Origin: Candidatus Nealsonbacteria bacterium DGGOD1a
Lineage (GTDB): Bacteria > Patescibacteriota > Minisyncoccia > Minisyncoccales > UBA5738
NCBI GenBank assembly: GCA_022530585.1
Contig: CP092821.1
Span: 1,089,509-1,153,508 of the forward strand
Length of the DNA stretch: 64,000 nt
Direction of reading: 5' to 3'
Shown here piece after piece: positions 15,609-24,464 of this stretch (within the stretch, counting starts at the first letter, position 1; every line of letters starts with the position of its first letter). Both the position numbers and the translations under genes were made by a program. Under the pieces are notes generated by a model. It was not told where the DNA came from and did not search any database. It saw only the letters and a list, made by a program, of their open reading frames with translations.

Positions 15609-16298
15609 TTAATACACGGTTGAATGTTTGATTATCTCCAGCGGATAGCGGCGGCTGGAAAAATAATCCCTGACAATTTGCTTGATATCGGCATCACGCA
15701 GTTCGTTTGGCTTCATCGCATAAATTTCCTCGAACAAAAACCATTTTGTCCCGCGGGTGTCGCCCAGCAAATTCTTTTCCGAATGATCGGCAATATCGCC
15801 GGCGAAAACCAATTTTATCGCGTGAGGCACGCAGCCCCGAAACCCGGCCAAATCTTGGCGCACCAGCGAATAAATCCCGACTAAATGCGTTGGCGTGAAT
15901 TCATAGCCGGTCTCCTCTTTTGCTTCTCTTTTCACCGCCTCAACCGGATGTTCGCCCGCGTCAATCCACCCCGCCGGATGGCTCCATTTGCCGTCATCGG
16001 GGTTTCCCGGCAAATTTTCCCGCACCAGCATCACCTTCCCCTCTTTTTCAATAATCGCGGCCGCCACTGCAAATGTTTGCGTGAATACCCGTTCCGTCAT
16101 AATTTTATTTAAACTCAATAACCTTATCAATTTATCTTTGGTTGCGCCCATTTCATTATCAGTAATAACGATTTTGTCTCCTTCGGCATTATTTATTTCA
16201 ACAATAATCGCGCGTGGCTGTTTATCCAATCCTGATGTCGCCAAAACAGCCAAATTGCGTCGCGACAATAATTCTTTTTGTTTTTTAGTTAATTGCAT
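15609..16298 (-). CDS. NUDIX hydrolase with an N-terminal PNPOx-like extension
   Basis: Nudix box GWIDAGEHPVEAVKREAKEETGY. The N-terminal LAVLATSG..QPRAIIVE resembles a pyridoxamine-phosphate-oxidase-like fold. Confidence 0.75.
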   Translation of the reverse strand: MQLTKKQKELLSRRNLAVLATSGLDKQPRAIIVEINNAEGDKIVITDNEMGATKDKLIRLLSLNKIMTERVFTQTFAVAAAIIEKEGKVMLVRENLPGNPDDGKWSHPAGWIDAGEHPVEAVKREAKEETGYEFTPTHLVGIYSLVRQDLAGFRGCVPHAIKLVFAGDIADHSEKNLLGDTRGTKWFLFEEIYAMKPNELRDADIKQIVRDYFSSRRYPLEIIKHSTVY

Positions 16299-16311
16299 AT
16301 CAACCGCAAAT

Positions 16312-16572
16312 TTATTTTATTGTTTCTTCCTGATCTTCGCGCCAGGGCGGGGTGCAATTCAAAAGCAATTTCATTTTGCCTTTGTAGGTGAACTTGTTGC
16401 CGGCGGGAATCACCGCCAAATCCCCCGCCGCGCAATCTTCGCGATTGCCATTGATTTCAAAATAACCGCTCCCTTCCAAAACATAATAACAAAAATCGCA
16501 TTCGCGCTGGCAAATAACGATTTCATGCCCGGCTTCAGTTTCAACTAAAACAAAACTCATTTTGGTCTTCAA
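16312..16572 (-). CDS. Cupin-domain protein, paralog 1
   Basis: EGSGYFEINGNREDCAAGDLAVIPAGNKFTYKG. It is about 80 percent identical at the DNA level to 24118-24354. A conserved in-frame 5' extension is broken by a TAA (see findings). Confidence 0.7.
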   Translation of the reverse strand: MKTKMSFVLVETEAGHEIVICQRECDFCYYVLEGSGYFEINGNREDCAAGDLAVIPAGNKFTYKGKMKLLLNCTPPWREDQEETIK

Positions 16573-16655
16573 CCTGCTTGATGGAAAAATTTTTTTCGTT
16601 ATGCCAAACTTTTAAAAACTATAATCTTCCGGTTTTTCTATCGCAAACATGTTTT

Positions 16656-17318
16656 TTAATTTTTGATTATTTTGCTTTTAAATTTTTCGGCCTCATTGAT
16701 AAAGTAATTTTGCCAATCTTTACGGTTAATTTTTATTTTCATCACCGGGCAATCTTTCACTTCGGCGGCCAATAAAAAATTACTTCCCAACTGCAAATAA
16801 TCAATTGGCACATCAAATTTGATCCGCGCTTTTTTGGCCAAATCCGTAATTTGAAAACCGAATTCATTATGCAAGCAATACAGATCAATGAAATCGCGCG
16901 CCCGGGGATTTTGGTAAATGGTGAAAATTTTGTTAACTGCGATATCAAGTGCTCCGTCGATCCGCAAATTGCCAATCTCGGTTTTTTGCTGAATTTCAGC
17001 AAAAGGAAAATATGTAAACTCAGTTTTAACAATGTCAGCGTCAAAATGGATAAAAAACAGATTGCGATTAAAACTCTGCTGGTAATCAATTTTTTTGAAG
17101 CCGAGTTTGATTTTGTTCTTTTTGAAAAAAACATTGATCGCCTGCACATCAAATTCATCTTCAGAAAAAAAATCCAGATCTTCAGATAAGCGATGATGCA
17201 AATAAAATTCGGCTAACGCCGTGCCGCCAGTGAGATAAAAACAACGGCAAATTTCTTTGTCGCCGCTGATTGCAAAAAGCAAATTTGTTTGATTTTCGGT
17301 TAAAATCGTTTTTGCCAT
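16656..17318 (-). CDS. Nucleotidyltransferase AbiEii/DUF1814-like toxin-family protein
   Basis: FYLTGGTALAEFYLHHRLSEDLDFF is the family N-terminal signature. Confidence 0.7.
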   Translation of the reverse strand: MAKTILTENQTNLLFAISGDKEICRCFYLTGGTALAEFYLHHRLSEDLDFFSEDEFDVQAINVFFKKNKIKLGFKKIDYQQSFNRNLFFIHFDADIVKTEFTYFPFAEIQQKTEIGNLRIDGALDIAVNKIFTIYQNPRARDFIDLYCLHNEFGFQITDLAKKARIKFDVPIDYLQLGSNFLLAAEVKDCPVMKIKINRKDWQNYFINEAEKFKSKIIKN

Positions 17319-17320
17319 GG

Positions 17321-17521
17321 TTAATTCTTAATCCCTAAAAGCATTGCTAAATACTTCTTTTTGTTTGGGTCAAGACGGAATTTTGGCCAATATTTTTTCA
17401 ATTCGCGAGCACTTAATTTGTCTTTATCCAAACCGAAATTAACCATCTGCTCCAAGCGCCAAACGGCATATTTTTCCTTATCTTTCTTCAATTCTTTTAT
17501 GTCAACAGACCAATTATACAT
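17321..17521 (-). CDS. Small protein upstream of the AbiEii-like gene, possibly its partner or antitoxin
   Basis: 66 aa. Its stop is 2 nt from the AbiEii-like start. No HTH recognised, so the role is inferred from position only. Confidence 0.4.
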   Translation of the reverse strand: MYNWSVDIKELKKDKEKYAVWRLEQMVNFGLDKDKLSARELKKYWPKFRLDPNKKKYLAMLLGIKN

Positions 17522-17556
17522 AACTGCATTCTATCACATTTTATCCCAGAATCCAA

Positions 17557-17881
17557 TCAGCGGCATTTGGAGTCGGAACCGCAATATTTTCCTGCCGGAC
17601 AGCCGCAGGAGTTGCACGCGTCCACCAACCCCAGATCGCTATCAAAGCAAAGCTTGGGTTTAGTTTTTGAACACTGGCCCTGAATGGTTCCGTCCGAACA
17701 CGCGGACGACCTTTGGCAGGTGCCATTCGCCGCCCACCACGCCGCCCTCGTCCTTGGCCTTTTGAAACGCCGCTTTCAATTCTTCCATTGACAATTCCCT
17801 CCCCTGATCTTGCGCGGCCTTCATCGCCCGGCAAATCGGGCAATCGTCAAAAAACATATCTTCTTTGTTTTTGTTGTCCAT
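17557..17881 (-). other. Small CPIC-motif ORF (73 aa) overlapping an out-of-frame Cys-rich module with no start codon of its own
   Basis: Frame 1 reads MDNKNKEDMFFDDCPICRAMK... and ends at 17660. A second frame reads ..CSDGTIQGQCSKTKPKLCFDSDLGLVDACNSCGCPAGKYCGSDSKCR* with its stop at 17557-17559. That module is paralogous to 23861-24010. Confidence 0.35.
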
Positions 17882-17909
17882 GCTTTTGTTTTATTTTTTT
17901 GATTAAAAA

Positions 17910-20516
17910 TTATTTTTTTGGCCCGGGACATTGGTTTTTATTGTCTTGGGCGAATTGAGCGATACGGTCCCGGTAACGGTAATACAAATACCCCGCCAAA
18001 AGAAGAAAGAAACCCAGAATTATAAACGAAAAGAAACGATAGATGTCGCTCAACTCGGCAGTATCAACAAGAAATACCTTAACAATCACGACAGCAAACA
18101 AGGCAATCGCCAAGAATCGTTCATGAGTTGTTTTCTTAATGATCCCCGCGGCCATCAACATCACGCCGTAAACAGTCCATGCCGCCGATAACAAAACATT
18201 CTTTATGTTTTCAAAATCATATCCTGCGAAAAACTTTGCCGGATATAACTCCTGTTTGTCGCAATAACTTATAATTTCGGCGCTAGTTATCCATAAAGCA
18301 AGAAAATGAAAAACCATAAACAATAAAGGCTGGAAGAATTGGTATTCGCCGATAGATATCTTGCCCTTATTGGCGCGTATCAACGCGAGGAAAAACCGAA
18401 TCGCGACCGCCGATGCGACGAACGCGAACACCCGGGCATTAAATAACGGCAAGTATCCGGCAATTTGGACATGACTGTCGAAAACCAGCAAATGGAAAAA
18501 CGCGGCGGCAAAAGTCATATATGTTACGCAACGAAGCGTCGTGCTTTTAAATCTAAATGACAATAATCCGGCAGCCAATCCGCCCATTGTCCACAGAACC
18601 GGATACCAATAACTGCCAAAAAAATCATATATTTCCAAGCTCATTCCGAAAAGTCCGGCAAACGCCGCCTCAAGCGCCAAAACCGGAAACAATGATTTTC
18701 CATCATTTCCCAGTTCGCTCTTTTTGCGGCGGTAAAGATATGCCGCGCCGACCACCATCGCAAAAAATATAATATAAGCCAAAAGCCGCAAATTGAATAT
18801 CGGCGCCGCGGCGGCGGCAAGATCGCCTTCAAAAACAACGAGCCTGAACAGCGCGATCAAAAACAAACAATGGCCAAACGCCCGGTAAAGAACAAGTTTC
18901 AATTTGTAACCGATGGCAATAAACGCCAGCGCTTCAGCCGCCCAAACCATAACAGACCATTTTCCATGGTTGGCAAAAAAATCATGGATTTCAAAACTTG
19001 TCCCGACAACAATGGCCAACGCTGATTCCAACAGCAACAAAGGAAAGACCGCCGATTCCCCTTCGCTAATTTCTCTCTTGAATTGACGATATAAATAGGC
19101 TGCACCCGCGGCGGCGGCAAAACACATAACATACGACAAGAACCGGCCATTGAGCAAAAATATCGCTTGCTCCGACGCGGTGTTTTCAAAAAACACCAGT
19201 CTAAACAGCGAGATAAATATCAGAAGATTGCCAAGCGCCCGATAAAGGACAAGCTTCAATTTGAAACCGGTGGCGGCAAACGCCAGTGCTTCAGCCGCCC
19301 AAGCGACTACAACCCATTTCCCGTCAAATTGTATCGGCGCCGCGATTGCAAGTAAAATAAAACCCGGCGTCAACAAAAAATGGCGGAACAATGACGCTCG
19401 CTCGCCTTCCCCGCCCACCATCACCGCCAACACGCAATAGAAAGCGCCCAGAATAATAGTGAACCATCCCATCGAATCGGGATACAACGGATTGATAATC
19501 GCGTAACTCATCACGAAATAAAACATCGGATTGAGCGAAATTAACGCCAAATCCCAGGAATTTTCGGGAGATTTTTTGATAAAATATTGTATAAATGAAA
19601 TAAACAAAAAAATCGCAAAGAATAAAGTCAAATATCCCTGCGCCGAGGCGAATTGGAAAGAACTGTAAAAATTGAAATACCAATAAAAATAAGCCAGCGC
19701 GGTACCCGCGAAACTAACCGCCGACAGCGGTTGCCACAACTTATAAAAAGCGGTTAAAAATACCGCCACATCAAGCAATGCCACATAAAGGAACAAAATA
19801 TGCGGACTGGAATTGCCATTGCCGATAAGCAAGGGCGTCAGAAAACCGCCTATCTGGGCAAATATCGCCAGCGCCATTGAATTTTGCCGCAACGACAGCA
19901 AGATGCCAACCGCGGTAATCAAAACCATTGCAAAAAACGCCGCCGGTTGAGCCATAAGCCTATAAAAGGCGAATCCCGCGTAAAAAGATACATACAGAAC
20001 CCCCAACCCTCCCCCGGTCAAAGCATGGCTGTAGCTCAAATAATGTTTGCGGGTAATTTCACCGATTATTAAAAGGATTATTCCCGCCGCCACGCCCAAT
20101 ACCACCCGGCCGAATTCATCAATCAGACTATTCTCAAACGCGTAACGCAAGAAAAAACCAACCGCGCAAATCACGGCCACTACGCCCACGCTGGTAAATA
20201 TTTTACTGCCGATTTTAAATTCTAAATTTCCATCGGATTTCTTCTCGGGCCCGATACCGAACGCTTCAATTGTTGCCGCAGGTTTTTGCTCTAAAGCGGC
20301 GGCGGGCGGTTCTTGAACGATTTCCAAAGGAATCGTTTCAACGGCCGCTTGCATCTTCTCGAGCGGCACCGACTGCCCGGCGGCAACCGAAGTCTCTTTT
20401 TTTCTTATTTCCAGCTTGGCATGCAAATAATCTACTTCATCCCTTAATCGGTCAATCGCATTTTTAAGATACAAAAACACGAACAAAAGCACGATAAAAA
20501 TAAAAATTTCGTACAT
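17910..20516 (-). CDS. Large polytopic membrane protein (DUF2339-like)
   Basis: 868 aa. N-terminal TM helix, a coiled segment, then more than 20 hydrophobic helices with internal repeats (WAAEALAF..GYKLKLVLYRA occurs twice). Confidence 0.65.
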   Translation of the reverse strand: MYEIFIFIVLLFVFLYLKNAIDRLRDEVDYLHAKLEIRKKETSVAAGQSVPLEKMQAAVETIPLEIVQEPPAAALEQKPAATIEAFGIGPEKKSDGNLEFKIGSKIFTSVGVVAVICAVGFFLRYAFENSLIDEFGRVVLGVAAGIILLIIGEITRKHYLSYSHALTGGGLGVLYVSFYAGFAFYRLMAQPAAFFAMVLITAVGILLSLRQNSMALAIFAQIGGFLTPLLIGNGNSSPHILFLYVALLDVAVFLTAFYKLWQPLSAVSFAGTALAYFYWYFNFYSSFQFASAQGYLTLFFAIFLFISFIQYFIKKSPENSWDLALISLNPMFYFVMSYAIINPLYPDSMGWFTIILGAFYCVLAVMVGGEGERASLFRHFLLTPGFILLAIAAPIQFDGKWVVVAWAAEALAFAATGFKLKLVLYRALGNLLIFISLFRLVFFENTASEQAIFLLNGRFLSYVMCFAAAAGAAYLYRQFKREISEGESAVFPLLLLESALAIVVGTSFEIHDFFANHGKWSVMVWAAEALAFIAIGYKLKLVLYRAFGHCLFLIALFRLVVFEGDLAAAAAPIFNLRLLAYIIFFAMVVGAAYLYRRKKSELGNDGKSLFPVLALEAAFAGLFGMSLEIYDFFGSYWYPVLWTMGGLAAGLLSFRFKSTTLRCVTYMTFAAAFFHLLVFDSHVQIAGYLPLFNARVFAFVASAVAIRFFLALIRANKGKISIGEYQFFQPLLFMVFHFLALWITSAEIISYCDKQELYPAKFFAGYDFENIKNVLLSAAWTVYGVMLMAAGIIKKTTHERFLAIALFAVVIVKVFLVDTAELSDIYRFFSFIILGFFLLLAGYLYYRYRDRIAQFAQDNKNQCPGPKK

Positions 20517-20610
20517 ATTTTTTGTTTTCTTTATTCTAACTCTGTTTGCAACTATTGGCTATCAACAAAAAATCGCTTGGTTCCGCAAGCATCATCCGCT
20601 GCCGATACAT

Positions 20611-20964
20611 TTAGGAAAGATTTTCCCGGACATCGCATTCGATTTGTTTTTTCAATTCCCGCGGATCATTGAATTTTTTAATGTCTCTGATTTTTTTTAT
20701 TGTCCGCACCGCAACCGTTTCTCCATATATATCATTTGCCAAATCTTGAATGAAGATTTCCAAAGAGACCGGCTCGCCAAATGTTTCCTTCGGCCCGAAA
20801 AACAGCAATCCTTTATATTCCCGACCCAAAACCTCGACTTGAACCAGATAAACCCCGTGGTTCAAATCAACATCTACCGCGTCCAAATTCGCGGTCGGGA
20901 ACCCCATCCCCTTCCCCCGTCCCGCTCCCCGCACCACCTTGGCATTAAAATTAAATTCTCCCAT
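20611..20964 (-). CDS. Riboflavin kinase (stand-alone RibF C-terminal domain)
   Basis: VVRGAGRGKGMGFPTANL...GVY...FGPKETF...LEIFI. Confidence 0.8.
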   Translation of the reverse strand: MGEFNFNAKVVRGAGRGKGMGFPTANLDAVDVDLNHGVYLVQVEVLGREYKGLLFFGPKETFGEPVSLEIFIQDLANDIYGETVAVRTIKKIRDIKKFNDPRELKKQIECDVRENLS

Positions 20965-20996
20965 GTATTTTGGAATTTATATAAAAAAAGATGAGC

Positions 20997-21251
20997 TTAT
21001 TTAGCCCCTTGCGGCGGAAACTGAGGCATATTCAACTGGGTAGCCAAAGTCCCAAGACTTTTATACATCTTTATTGATACTTTTGTTAAAGTTATAACTT
21101 CCGCCGGTTTGAGCAAAAGCTCTACCTTATCGGCATATGAGCGCCCCTTTATTGCGACATCAATTTTGTCACAAATCGGACAATCCTGCCGGTGATTCCT
21201 CATATCAGCGCTCAGCGCACATAAAAAACAAACATTTATTGACCTTCGCAT
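20997..21251 (-). pseudogene. Hypothetical gene whose 5' end is interrupted by the IS630-family element
   Basis: The annotated ATG lies inside the IS terminal repeat. After removing the IS and one TA, the frame stays open into 22366-22420 (..VSTLDEETKVALNVCFLCALSADMRNHRQDCPICDK..). Confidence 0.45.
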
Positions 21252-21269
21252 AATAGATTGACTATCATA

Positions 21270-21834
21270 TCAATATAATTCGGAAGCCTTTAAAAATCCT
21301 TTCATTAATTCTTTGTCTCCGGCGATCTTGCATTTGCCGGATTTGACCGCCCGCCCCAGGGCGGGCAGGCCTTGCGGCCGCAAGTTGCAGACATATTTGT
21401 TTTTCATCGCCGCCCAGAAATATTCAACGGGATTAAGCTCGGGCGCGTAGGCCGGAAATCTCTCAACTCGCAACCAGTATTTTTGAGTTTTTAAATATTC
21501 TTTGACGATCTTGGCGCGATGTGCCGCCAATCCATCCCAGAAAAGAAGCAATCTTTTTCCCTTAAACCAGTATTTTAATAATTTTAAATATACAAGCACA
21601 TCTTCTTTTTTGACGCTTCCTTTTTTGCTTTTCAAAAACATCGCCGGATTGCTTCCTGCCGGCGCGCAAACCAGCGTTGCCGTCAAACTCATTGCGGCCC
21701 ACGATCCGGTGGATTTGATTACCGGCGTTTTGCCTTTAATCGCCCAGGTTTTTCTGACCGTGGGGCGGTCGGAAATTCCCGATTCATCATGGAATCCCAG
21801 CTTAAAATGATGTTTTTGCGCCCATTTTTTTTAA
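21270..21834 (-). CDS. IS630 transposase, DDE catalytic part (orfB, reached by a +1 shift at the A8 run)
   Basis: FHDESG ... LLFWDGLAAHRA ... YAPELNPVEYFW forms the DD(35)E triad. The frame opens exactly at the A8 run (21825-21832). Confidence 0.8.
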
Positions 21835-22308
21835 CCTTGGAAAGGTTTTTACTCTCCAAGTTTTGATGGCTTTCTCATCTCTTTCTTTGGCTTTGATTTC
21901 GGGTTTTTGGCTGGTAAAACCCAGCGAGATTACCACCCTCCAGACATGGCCGGGGTGATATTTTGTTCCCGATATCTTTTTGATCAGATCTCGCAGTCTT
22001 GCCAGCGTCCAAAGATCGGTGGCATATCCCTGCTTTTGCGCTCCTTTGAGGATCGCTTTTTTGATTTCGCGTTTTTCCTCTTGGGTCAATTTGGAATCCG
22101 GCCCGGGATTGCCTTTGCTTTTCAGGCCATCCCATCCTTGGGCTTTGTATGCTTCCACCCAATTGCTCACCGCTTCAAAACTGACTCCCAGTTTTTTGGC
22201 GATTTTATATTGGGTTTGGCCTTTTTCCCAAAGCTTTATCGCTTTGATTCTTCTTTTCTGAAGATCATCTTTGCTTTTGCAAGATGGTGAAGATTTACGA
22301 TTTTTCAT
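21802..22308 (-). CDS. IS630 transposase, N-terminal HTH part (orfA)
   Basis: QYKIAKKLGVSFEAVSNWVEAYK and ATDLWTLARLRDLIKK are the HTH motifs typical of IS630/Tc1-like transposases. Confidence 0.85.
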   Translation of the reverse strand: MKNRKSSPSCKSKDDLQKRRIKAIKLWEKGQTQYKIAKKLGVSFEAVSNWVEAYKAQGWDGLKSKGNPGPDSKLTQEEKREIKKAILKGAQKQGYATDLWTLARLRDLIKKISGTKYHPGHVWRVVISLGFTSQKPEIKAKERDEKAIKTWRVKTFPRLKKMGAKTSF

Positions 22309-22456
22309 ATGCCTTCATTATCCCACAAAGGCGATTATAGTCAAGTTATTATGCGAAGGTCAATAACGCTACTTTTGTTTCTTCATCCAAAGTACTCACC
22401 TGCCAGACAAAGTTAAGCAAATTTATAAGATAATGTCAAAATCATCTCGTTCGCTC

Positions 22457-23202
22457 TTAATCCCAAACTTTCCGTTTGCTAATTATAGCGACTTCCATAC
22501 GATCGTGAATTACAAATGATTTTGAAGTGTCAATATTTTTAACAATTTTTTGTAAAGCATTTTTTGCTATTTGTTGACATCTTTCATCCCAATCAATTTC
22601 TTGATAGTCAGCTATCATGCAATTTTGCATATCTTCAAAATCATTAAATTCCCAGTCAATCGAGTAACCGATATTATTCTCGATTGTCAAACTATAATCT
22701 CGCGCTATACTGTCAATTACCCACCTAGAATGATTAACTAATGTTGAATGCTTAAAATAATTTAAAGACAAATCTATCGAACCAAATAACGCTTGGACAG
22801 AATCAGTTGGATTTTCTTCTGGATCAGCAATAATAATTTGACCGTTATCTTTTAAAACGCGCAATGATTCAAGCAACGCCCCCCTTGTTTCTGCAAGGCT
22901 ATCTCGTGAAAACTAAGCAGCATAAAAACCGTGTCAACGCTTTTATCCGGCAACAAAATCTTGGTCGCGGAACCAACCTTAAAATCAATTTTATCTTTTA
23001 ATTCAGTAGTAACTTGCGAAATGGCTTTATTTATTACATTGATATCGTTATCTATCGCAATATAGTGCTCCGCATATTTAGCCAACATCAAACTCGCTCG
23101 TCCTTCGCCACATCCTATCTCAAAAATTCTTTTCCCTTGAGGCTTAATTAAATTAACCAATATCCCCTCTTCTTTTTTTTGACGGTCAATAATCATAATC
23201 AA
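22457..23202 (-). pseudogene. Class I SAM-dependent methyltransferase split by a frameshift at a G6/C6 homopolymer
   Basis: Motif I is EIGCGEGRAS. One extra G in the run at 22879-22884 fuses ..SFHEIALQKQGG to ALLESLRVLKDNGQIIIAD. Confidence 0.75.
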
Positions 23203-23212
23203 ATATCCAAAA

Positions 23213-23839
23213 TTATTTTCCCCGATTTACAATTTCACCAACCAACTTTATCAATTCGCCTTTTTTATCAAGATCGTAATAACCTTCTATCTTGCCGAAC
23301 AATTTCCCATCTTTAAAAAATAACAGCGCGGGCAATTTGGATATTTGGTATTTTCCCAGCAACAATGCGGTTTTCAATTCAATTTTTTCATAGTTTATCT
23401 TCATGCCCGCCACCAAATCTTTAATCGGTATTGACCTTAAAAGGCATTCTATCGAATTTTCATTGAAAAATTCAACCATTGCCGGTTTTTTTGATTCTAA
23501 AGACGATAAAGTAAATTTATCTTCCGCAACCAAAAACATTGGCGTAACTGGTTGGGCTCCAAACCTGTCTATAAACAAATCCGTAGCTTTCCGCGAATCA
23601 TTATTGATTTCTTTTTTTATCTTTACGTATTCTTTTTCATTCTTTGCCACCTTAATAGCTTCAACTCCGCACGCCCTTTGGCATTTCCCGCAGCTAATAC
23701 ACTTTTTATTATTGATTTTTATGCTTTTCTTCTTTTCGTCCCACGACAAAGCTCCGGTCGGGCAAACCGCGATACCGCTACATTCTTTCGCATTGTCGCA
23801 AATTTTGAAATTGATCAACACTGTCATATATTTTATCAA
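23213..23839 (-). CDS. 4Fe-4S ferredoxin domain fused to a thioredoxin-like domain
   Basis: CISCGKCQRAC cluster motif, and a C-terminal LPALLFFKDGKLFGKIEGY thioredoxin-fold-like segment. Confidence 0.65.
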   Translation of the reverse strand: MIKYMTVLINFKICDNAKECSGIAVCPTGALSWDEKKKSIKINNKKCISCGKCQRACGVEAIKVAKNEKEYVKIKKEINNDSRKATDLFIDRFGAQPVTPMFLVAEDKFTLSSLESKKPAMVEFFNENSIECLLRSIPIKDLVAGMKINYEKIELKTALLLGKYQISKLPALLFFKDGKLFGKIEGYYDLDKKGELIKLVGEIVNRGK

Positions 23840-24105
23840 CCCGAAGCAACAAAACCAGGCTTAATGGCATTTGCTGTCGGAGCCGCAAAACTGCCCGAGG
23901 GGCAGCCGCAGGAGTGGCAGGCATCGGTCAAATCCACTTCTTCGTCGATGCAAAGCTTGGGCTTGTCAGTGGAGCATTTACCAAAAACCGTGCCGTCGGA
24001 ACAATGCTTGCCGTCGGCATTGTCAAAAATCGAAAATCTAGCGCTACTGATATCGCCGATGTTTTGCCGGGTCGAATCGAATATCCGAACGAATATAATA
24101 TTTAT
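23836..24105 (-). pseudogene. Cys-rich module, paralog of 17557-17715, lacking a start codon and carrying a 1-nt frameshift
   Basis: ..KHCSDGTVFGKCSTDKPKLCIDEEVDLTDACHSCGCPSG, then a -1 shift is needed to read QFCGSDSKCH* (stop at 23861-23863). Confidence 0.4.
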
Positions 24106-24117
24106 TATACCACATTG

Positions 24118-24354
24118 TCATCCAACCATTTCCTCCTGCTCCACGCACCACGGCGGCGTGCAATTCAAAAGCATCTTCATCTTTCCTTTATAAGTGAATT
24201 TATTGCCCGCCGGTATCACCACCAAATCCCCCGCAGTGCAATCCTCACGGCCGCTATTAATTTCAAAATATCCGTTACCTTCCAAAATGTAATAACAAAA
24301 ATCACATTCCCGCTGGCAGATTGTGGTTTCATGCCCGCTTTGGGTTTCAATCAA
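24118..24354 (-). CDS. Cupin-domain protein, paralog 2
   Basis: EGNGYFEINSGREDCTAGDLVVIPAGNKFTYKG. A conserved in-frame 5' extension is broken by a TGA. Confidence 0.65.
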   Translation of the reverse strand: MIETQSGHETTICQRECDFCYYILEGNGYFEINSGREDCTAGDLVVIPAGNKFTYKGKMKMLLNCTPPWCVEQEEMVG

Positions 24355-24464
24355 AACAAATCTTGTTCTTACCGTCAGACCGCTTGATGGAAAAATTTTT
24401 CCCTTGATTCAGAATTTCTCAAAACTATAATCTTTCGGCTCTTTTATTACAAACATATTTTTTA

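Larger units (their letters stand above)
21239..22363 (-). mobile_element. IS630-family insertion sequence (1125 bp) with a TA target duplication
   Basis: Terminal inverted repeats TTGACCTTCGCATAATA (17/17, extending to about 30 bp with 3 mismatches). TA at 21237-21238 and 22364-22365. Two-ORF DDE transposase. Confidence 0.9.

Noticed and set aside
16558-16650. Alternative genetic code (UGA or UAA sense codons, as in some CPR lineages) as the explanation for the in-frame stops in the cupin leaders
   Set aside because: Conserved genes terminate at TGA at their expected ends (recG at 29968-29970; the hydrolase at 10324-10326). No housekeeping gene needs an internal stop to be read through. The two cupin stops are also different codons.
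17541-17843. 100-aa Arg/Gly-rich minus-strand ORF
   Set aside because: It is the third frame across a region where the other two frames carry recognisable sequence (a CPIC-motif ORF and a Cys-rich module). Its composition is typical of an out-of-frame GC-rich reading.
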